DNA of 64,000 bases from Eledone cirrhosa (Eukaryota), in the NCBI GenBank assembly GCA_964016885.1, contig OZ024745.1, positions 112,344,001-112,408,000 of the forward strand, given 5' to 3'. Made by a program: the position numbers and the translations under genes. Numbering within the stretch: position 1 is the stretch's first letter; every line of letters starts with the position of its first letter. The notes below the pieces were generated by a model. That model had not been told where the DNA came from. It was given only the letters and a program-made list of their open reading frames with translations, and did no database searches. Of the stretch, positions 56,087-64,000 are shown one piece after another.

Positions 56087-56368
56087 GAGATATCCACGGT
56101 AAGTTGTGGGGTCTAGTCTGCATGAAGAACTCAATGTAATCGATATGTTGAAAATGTTGTAGGTTAAAATAAATCCCGGAAAACAATAAAACATTAAAAG
56201 GAAAACAGAGTCATGATATAAGTTAAAACAATGAAATAAAAAATCATGTCATTAGAAATATACTTGATAATACATCGTAACTATACTTCGATATCGATCT
56301 ATGTAAGGTTAGTTACAAAATATCCTGATAAAGAGAATATTTACTTACATGCATATCACCAACTGTTG

Positions 56369-57149
<781 letters not shown>

Positions 57150-59712
57150 TTAATTAAATATGTGATAAAGGATGAATGACACTATTGCTCTTTGCTGGTG
57201 CTATCTAAATCTAATGAACTTGGTTGATATTGAAGCACCATTGCATGCTAAGGAAATATTTAAGCAATGAAGACGCTTAACAACTATTTAAAGAGTATCT
57301 GTCGCCATTGAAACAGAAACGTTGTCAATGGAATTCTATAAACGTTAATGGAATTGGTAGCAAATTCCATATATTTTCATCTTATCCGCTAGTCATCGCA
57401 TAGTTCCGTTTATGATATCTTATTATTTGTTCATTGGTATTGTTGAACATTACTACATGATATCAGATATCAAAGATGCTCAGAATATTTTTCAGATCTT
57501 CTGTCATATATCACACATATACACCAGGAACAAATATATTTAAAATTATAGACGGCTCTAATCTATACAGTCTCTGCTGGTGCAATTCCCTCCTTTGTTG
57601 AGCAAACCTACAGCAAGTTCTTAAGAGTAATTTCCTTTTCCCATAGAATGAAGAAACACAATACACAAACATACAAAAATAGCAGCAGTCTCAATATTCT
57701 CAAGAATGTCAAACGCTATTGAGGAATACATATAATCAATATGTCTAGAAAGACTGCAAATCTTCCATCTCTACCCTATGTCTATGATTACCTGTCTTTG
57801 TTGTAGCCACCAATGCCAGAACATATTGGCATACTGATTAAACTACATTAAATCAAATTCAATCCAGGACCTTCTCATTTCTGTTAGAGAAACTCGTCGC
57901 TTATTGACCTCCATCGCTTTCTGTTTAGTTTTGGTCATGTCAGGAGTTGTAGCCATACTCACCATGCTTGGCCTATTACGGGTTGGTGAAGCTATTTAAC
58001 CCATAGTTGGGTTAGTTGGCCGTTGACTCAAAGGAGTTCACCACCCCGCTTAACAGCTCTTGTTTATTGTGCTGCTGGGGTTCCACTTTCTCTCTTCACC
58101 AGACCAGGGTCAGGTGGGGTGGTGGTTTAATCGGCGACCACTCGACCATGAAGCAGGTTGTACTGGATTACATGGTACCAGTACCAGGCAGAAGCCTGAC
58201 CATAAACTACATACTCTTCTTCTTCTTCTTCTTCTTCTTCTTCGTCTTACATACTCATGCAATAAATCACTTAGAGTTTGCTGTGCCACACTCAACTGTG
58301 GCCAGTTATCTAGGAGCCATAAGTTTGCACGATTATAGCTAACTTAGTTTTTACATCGTCATCCTTATCATCATCATCATCATCAATATTAACAACAACA
58401 TCAACGCCGGCGATGAACGAATTAACAAGGAGTTAGTGAAAACAAACACGTTTATTTACGAATGAATGCAAGTAAACACACACACACACACACACACACG
58501 CGCACACGTACGCCAGGTCCGAACACAGAGGAGCCGAACTCCCACTGTCATCGCCTCTGTCTCTCTCGCCCTCCCCATCTCTCACTGTTATGAGCAAATG
58601 GGGTCCCACGCGCTGGTTGCCCCACGGACAGAATATAGAAGGTAAGGAGTTAGTTGTGTTTGATTTACAGCTTTTTATGTGCTTGAGATAGCGACAGTGC
58701 CCATATCCTTCACAAAGAGAGACTGATGCTGTAGGAAAGACATGAACAGAGAGAGAATTGTAGAGAGAATGAAGGATAAGATAAGGAGATACGATGATAC
58801 TCAGGTATGCCTGAGTCGAGGCGGCACGATATCAATCAAATTTGAAGAGTTGATGCCATTTAGTTGTGAAAATATCTAACTGAAAATTAAAGAAAATTTC
58901 AAAATATTTTATCTAATAAAAAAGTAAATATTAAAACAATTGTGAATAGTATACCAATAGGGAACACAATAAAAATAAAACTTAGATATTTGAATAATTC
59001 ATTGAAAAATTATTTACACATCTAAATTATTGTATTGTTATAACGTTTATTCTGAAAAATCAGTTAAAAAAAAAAAATAACGCATGTCAATTATAAAACG
59101 CAAAATGAATGTAGATTTGTGAGAGCTTGAATAGTTAAACAGTTATTTTCAGTTATTTAAAAGAAGCTGTGTATTTCATTTTCATTTTTCGTTTGCTAAA
59201 AATGATTTATAAGACATCAAGAGTGATTATATTGGATATTAATTTACTTTTGGCAATCTTAAAAGTGGCCTTCAAAAATGTGATAAAACATAGCTGAAAA
59301 AAAATAAAAATAAAAAATAAAACCCAACAAAAACAAAGAAATAGCATTGTACAATCAACTGTACAATAAGAGAATAAGAATGTTAAAGTCACATTCTGAA
59401 TTTTTTCCTCTCTCTCTCTCCCGAGAGAGAGAAAGCGGTTGACTGGAAAGAATGTAGCAATTAATAACGTTACAGCCAAGTGTTGAGAGATGACAGCTCT
59501 CTACGAACAGATTTAACTAAATTATTACTTTAAAAATATGGAAAATAGAATTTGTACGAATAATAATTTCTTACAATGACACAAAGGAAGAGTTCTGACA
59601 AGATCTCTAATTAGGTTTATAATATAATGTTGAAATACATGTGAGAGTAACTAAATATGTTTATATTAAATCAGGAAAAGTAGTCAACAGTAATGATAAT
59701 AGGGATAATAAA

Positions 59713-60576
59713 TGTTTCTACTTTAGGCACAAGGCCAGCAATTACCCAGTGCATTACTGGTACTTTATTTTATCGACCCCGTAAGGATGAGAGGCAAAGT
59801 CAATCTAGGCGGGATTTGAACTCAGATCGTAAGGGAACTATGCTGGAAAGCATGGCGTCCGACCCTCTACCGATTCTGCCAATCCACCGCCCTAATAATA
59901 GGGATAATAATAATAATGATTTCTACTTTAGGCACAAGGCCAGCAATTTTGGGGGAGTAGAAAGTCGATTAAATCGACCCCAGTGTGTTACTGCTGCTTT
60001 ATTTTATCGACCTCGTCGTAAGGATGAAAGACAAAGCTAACCTCGGCGGGATTTGACCAAGGCATAAAGGGCCGTAACTCTATGCTGCAAAGCATGGCGT
60101 CCGACCCTCTACCGATACTGCCAATCCACCAATAATAATAATGATTTCTAGTATAGGCACAAGGCCAGTAATTTGAAGGGAAGGGGGAAAGTCGATTAAA
60201 TCGACCCAGTGCATTACTGGTACTTTATTTTATCGACCCCGTAAAGATGAAAGGCAAAGTTAACCTCGGCGGGATTTGAACTCAGACCGCAAAGGGCCGT
60301 AACTCTATGCTGCAAAGCATGATGTCCGACTCTCTACCGATACTGCCAATCCACCGCCCTTAATAATAATGATGATAATTTCTATTATAGGCACAAGGCC
60401 AGCAATTTGGGGAGAGGAGAAAATCGATTAAATCGACCACCGTCCATTATTGGTACTTTATTTTATCGACCTCGTAAGGATGAAAGGCAAAGCTAACCTC
60501 GGCGGGATTTGAGCTTAGAACGTAAAGGGATATTACTCTATGCCACTAAGCATGTTGTCCGACGCTCTACCGATAC
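59713..60576 (-). mobile_element. Head-to-tail array of four SINE1 copies
   Basis: Units at 59713-59892, 59919-60130, 60143-60359 and 60377-60576, separated by (TAA)n. Confidence 0.9.
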
Positions 60577-60578
60577 TT

Positions 60579-61011
60579 CTAGCGATATACGGTATGTTTC
60601 TGAAAAAACATTTGAAAGCCTTCAGCTATGAATTTTGGAAACTGATGGCGTAGCGCCATCTAGCGCATACAAGCAGAAGCAAGGGTGGGTAACTGTCAAC
60701 GACAATCATAGTTTCTGACTCCTTATCAAAACATAGTTTTTACACCTATGTACATGGTCTGATTAGCCTCATTTGCATATAGAGTTGTCGGCAGGCTGGG
60801 CCGAAAAATAGAATTAAGGTGTTCGATCTGACATAGCTGTATACATATAAGTATGCTTATTTTGTATAGCTAACGATATACAGTATACTTATGAATAAAC
60901 ATACTGGAATAAACATGCTGGAATCCGCTAGGTGGCGCTAAGTCATCAGCTTCCAAAATTCATAGGTGAAGGCTTTCAAATGTTTATTTATAAACATACC
61001 GTATATTGCTA
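60579..61011. mobile_element. MITE-like element with TIRs of about 85 bp
   Basis: 60579-60665 is inverted at 60926-61011. Confidence 0.75.
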
Positions 61012-61398
61012 ATATACAAAATACTCATACTTATATGTATACACCTATATTAGAGCGACGACATGACAATTTTTCCGTTCCATGGTGGTAAACCTCTCAT
61101 CTGGAATGGTTTATGTTGCGACATATCCAGCCTCAACCTGGTGCGTTCGGCTACCGGCCCAGGCGTCTCTGCTCGTTAGGCCAAACAAGGCAAACTTTCA
61201 AAATATCGGCCACTTTCTGATAGGTTTAAGGTTGAGCTTGTGACAGTGAAGACTTACCGGCGTTCTTGGCCCCGGACCACATTCCTACTTGTTGTTATCG
61301 GGGTTGGGGAGAAGTTGGCTACCCGCAGAAGTAGGCCCCGTGAGTTGGAGTGGCTGTTCCAGCTTGTCTCCCTCACCATCCTCCGAGACAAGGGTACT

Positions 61399-61695
61399 TG
61401 TACAGCACCAGGCATAAATATCATCGTGTGTGGCAGAATCTGTACAGCACCAGGCATAACATCGTGTCAGACAGAAATTGAAGAGCACTGGACATAAATA
61501 ACATTGTGTGACAAAATCTGTAGAGCACTGGACATAAATAACATCATGTGTGACAGAAATTGTTGAGCACCAGGCATAACATCGTGTGTGACAGAAATTG
61601 AAGAGCACCGGACATAAATAACATCATGTGTGACAAGAACTGTAGAGCACCGGACATAATATCATGTGTGACAGAAATTATAGAGCACCGAACAC
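61399..61695. repeat. Minisatellite, unit about 40 bp, about 7.5 copies
   Basis: Unit TGTAGAGCACTGGACATAAATAACATCATGTGTGACAGAAAT. Confidence 0.9.
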
Positions 61696-63528
61696 AATGT
61701 CTTACATTACTTAGTTACATCCTTTTCCCTTCAATCTCTTGAGGGGGCTCTATAAAATGTGTAGTAAAGTGTAAAATGTGCAGTAAAGTAGTAAAATGTT
61801 CAACTAAATTGATAGACCTCATCACCAGATGTGTGGCTTTGTGCCGTCGTTAGAAAATATCTTTATTTTTCTATTTCTCATAGTTTTAACTAATGGGGAT
61901 TATTCATACAGTACTACCATCCTTCAACGCTTGACTGCAGCACTATGAATTAATAAATTTAGTATGTGACTTTAACACTTTTACACTCCTATTATACAGA
62001 TAAGATGGAAGTGCTGTTTGTTCGTTTTTCAGCTTTGTTTTATCACTTTTGAAGTCAACTTTTAAGATTGCAAATGAATATTCAATATAACCACTCTTGA
62101 TGTCTTATAAATCATTTTTTTTTAAAGAAAAGGAAACGGAAATACACAGCTTCATTTAAATAACTGATAATAACTGTTTAATTATTCAAACTCTCACAAA
62201 TCTGCATTAATTTTCTGCCTAATAATTGGAATATTTTAGAACCAAAAAGCTGATTTATCATAATAAACTCCACAACCATACAATCAATTAGATATGTAAA
62301 TAGTTCATCAATAAATTATGCAAATATTTAAGTCCTATTTTATTTACGTTCCCTATTAGGATGTTATTCCCCAATTGTTTTGAAATTTACTATTTTATTG
62401 GATAAAAGATTTTGAAATTGTTTTATTGAAATTCTCTGGTGAATTTTTTCAAAACAATATAAATGTATAAAAATTAGTTGATTACAATGGAACAGAAATT
62501 GTAATTTAAATCTAACCAAATATTTCCCCGTTCGACATCGTTGTTGACCTCGAAGCATAAATCCTATGTTGCCGTATGCTTAAGTTCCACAAACCGTTTC
62601 TATCACCACTTAGCTTTCGTATATCTTAACAATATTGTCCAAATATTTTGGTGTAAATAATTTAAAAGAAATTATCGAAAAGTGAATACTATTTTCTGCT
62701 GGCTATTGATTCACAACAAACTCTCTGGATAGAGGTCGAAGAGTCTGTGACCACAATGTTGATTTTTATGCGTTACGTTAAATGTAATTAATTTAACGTA
62801 TAAAAATAAAATAAACCTCACTAGATTTACTAACACAGAAATAACAATTTTTAGATATTTTATGAAGATATTTGGTAACATTCAAAGAAGAAGAAAAAAT
62901 GCAATAATGGTGGCTGTAACGTTGCTTGATTTCTTTCTTCTTAATCTAAGATTTGTATGTGCTGTTCTTATTTCACCATTTAATAACGTAGGTAAGCAGC
63001 TATTTCATTTAGATAACAATCTAGTTTTATAATCTAGATAGTATTAAAGATTTAAAAAAGATTTATCCAATTGTATATACTAAAAGTATATACAATTGGA
63101 TAAATATTTAATAAGTGTATATAAATATGAAATATAAAATATTTCATTTATTATCTCTTCATATGGCATACTGTCATTTTTAAACAAGACACATTTCATA
63201 AAGTTAAATTTCAGTGTTAATATTATAACCCAAATAATAGCATAACCCAAACATCAATTATCAAAGTCATTCAGAATTTCTCTTCAATAAGTTAAAGTAA
63301 ATTAAAACTGACATAATGAAAATATATAGTTATATCTTATGACAGGAAATATGTGAAAATGTTCGAAGTATATAGTAGTAAAATATATAGTAATAAAATT
63401 GGTAAAGAAATTCAAAGCGCAAAGCACTCGGTCCATGGTGCGAGTTTAATGTACTACTAAATTCAATACTACAACGAAGACATAGCTTAACAGAGCTCAC
63501 GATAATACGATTTCCTAAGTAGGTCGCC

Positions 63529-63580
<52 letters not shown>

Positions 63581-63581
<1 letters not shown>

Positions 63582-64000
63582 TTTCTTTATTAACCACAAG
63601 GGTTTACATAAAGTAGACATTAAGGACAGTGCAGGACAATGCAGGACGGTACAAATGGGCATTTCTGCGTGTAAAAAAAACAAAAACAGAGGATGTAACA
63701 AAAATAACAATGAAAATAACAATGAAAAATTCCCCAATAGGGGGGAGACTTCGGAGGGACATTTGTGGAGAAAGCCCAGTAAAAAGCCACAATGACCCTG
63801 ACCACCAAGGCAAGTGCCCTCTCCCAGTTTTCCACCTTTAGTTTACAGATATATACTCAGAGTCGGCCCATTCACTCGGGCCATTCTTGCTTCTCTCACC
63901 CATCTTTCAACAAAATGCTGGGAAGAGAGCACTTCCTTCTCTACTCTGATTTTCCTTTTCAAATGAAATTTGAAAAAGTCAATCAGAGCATCACCGAAGA
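63581..64000 (-). pseudogene. L1/Tx1-like LINE 3' end, running off the window
   Basis: FFKFHLKRKIRVER is homologous to FFKYHFRRRIRMVRE in the 24433-26150 element; tail is in (TTA)n. Confidence 0.8.

Larger units (their letters stand above)
58880..62440. repeat. Diverged inverted repeat pair of about 400 bp (about 58880-59305 and 62025-62440)
   Basis: For example ATGATTTATAAGACATCAAGAGTG versus CACTCTTGATGTCTTATAAATCAT. Confidence 0.7.

Noticed and set aside
61240-61380. Possible HDV-like ribozyme in a GC-rich patch
   Set aside because: Could not build the nested double pseudoknot by eye
61399-61695. CRISPR-like periodicity
   Set aside because: Contiguous degenerate units without unique spacers, in a eukaryotic context

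Overview
AT-rich eukaryotic intergenic or intronic DNA, most likely from an octopod cephalopod. That call rests on recalled SINE families and the very high (TA)n, (CA)n and (TAA)n content, and is not database-verified. No host protein-coding gene is recognisable, and most ORFs in the track are translated microsatellites. The window is mainly transposon remains: more than 25 copies of one tRNA-derived SINE plus other SINEs, R4/Dong-like, L1/Tx1-like, RTE and I/CR1-group LINE fragments, non-autonomous Helitrons, MITEs, a probable solo LTR, and Penelope-like elements (PLE; RT plus GIY-YIG). The most striking signal is RNA structure. About 18 hammerhead-ribozyme motifs from roughly nine sequence families are present, seven with a fully canonical core. 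Nearly all lie in short islands in or beside (TA)n tracts. Many are in asymmetric fold-back inserts whose inversion point is in or next to the ribozyme. One family appears to use a U3-A8 covariant core, and another is carried inside a Helitron. All structures and coordinates were read by eye and may be off by a few bases.
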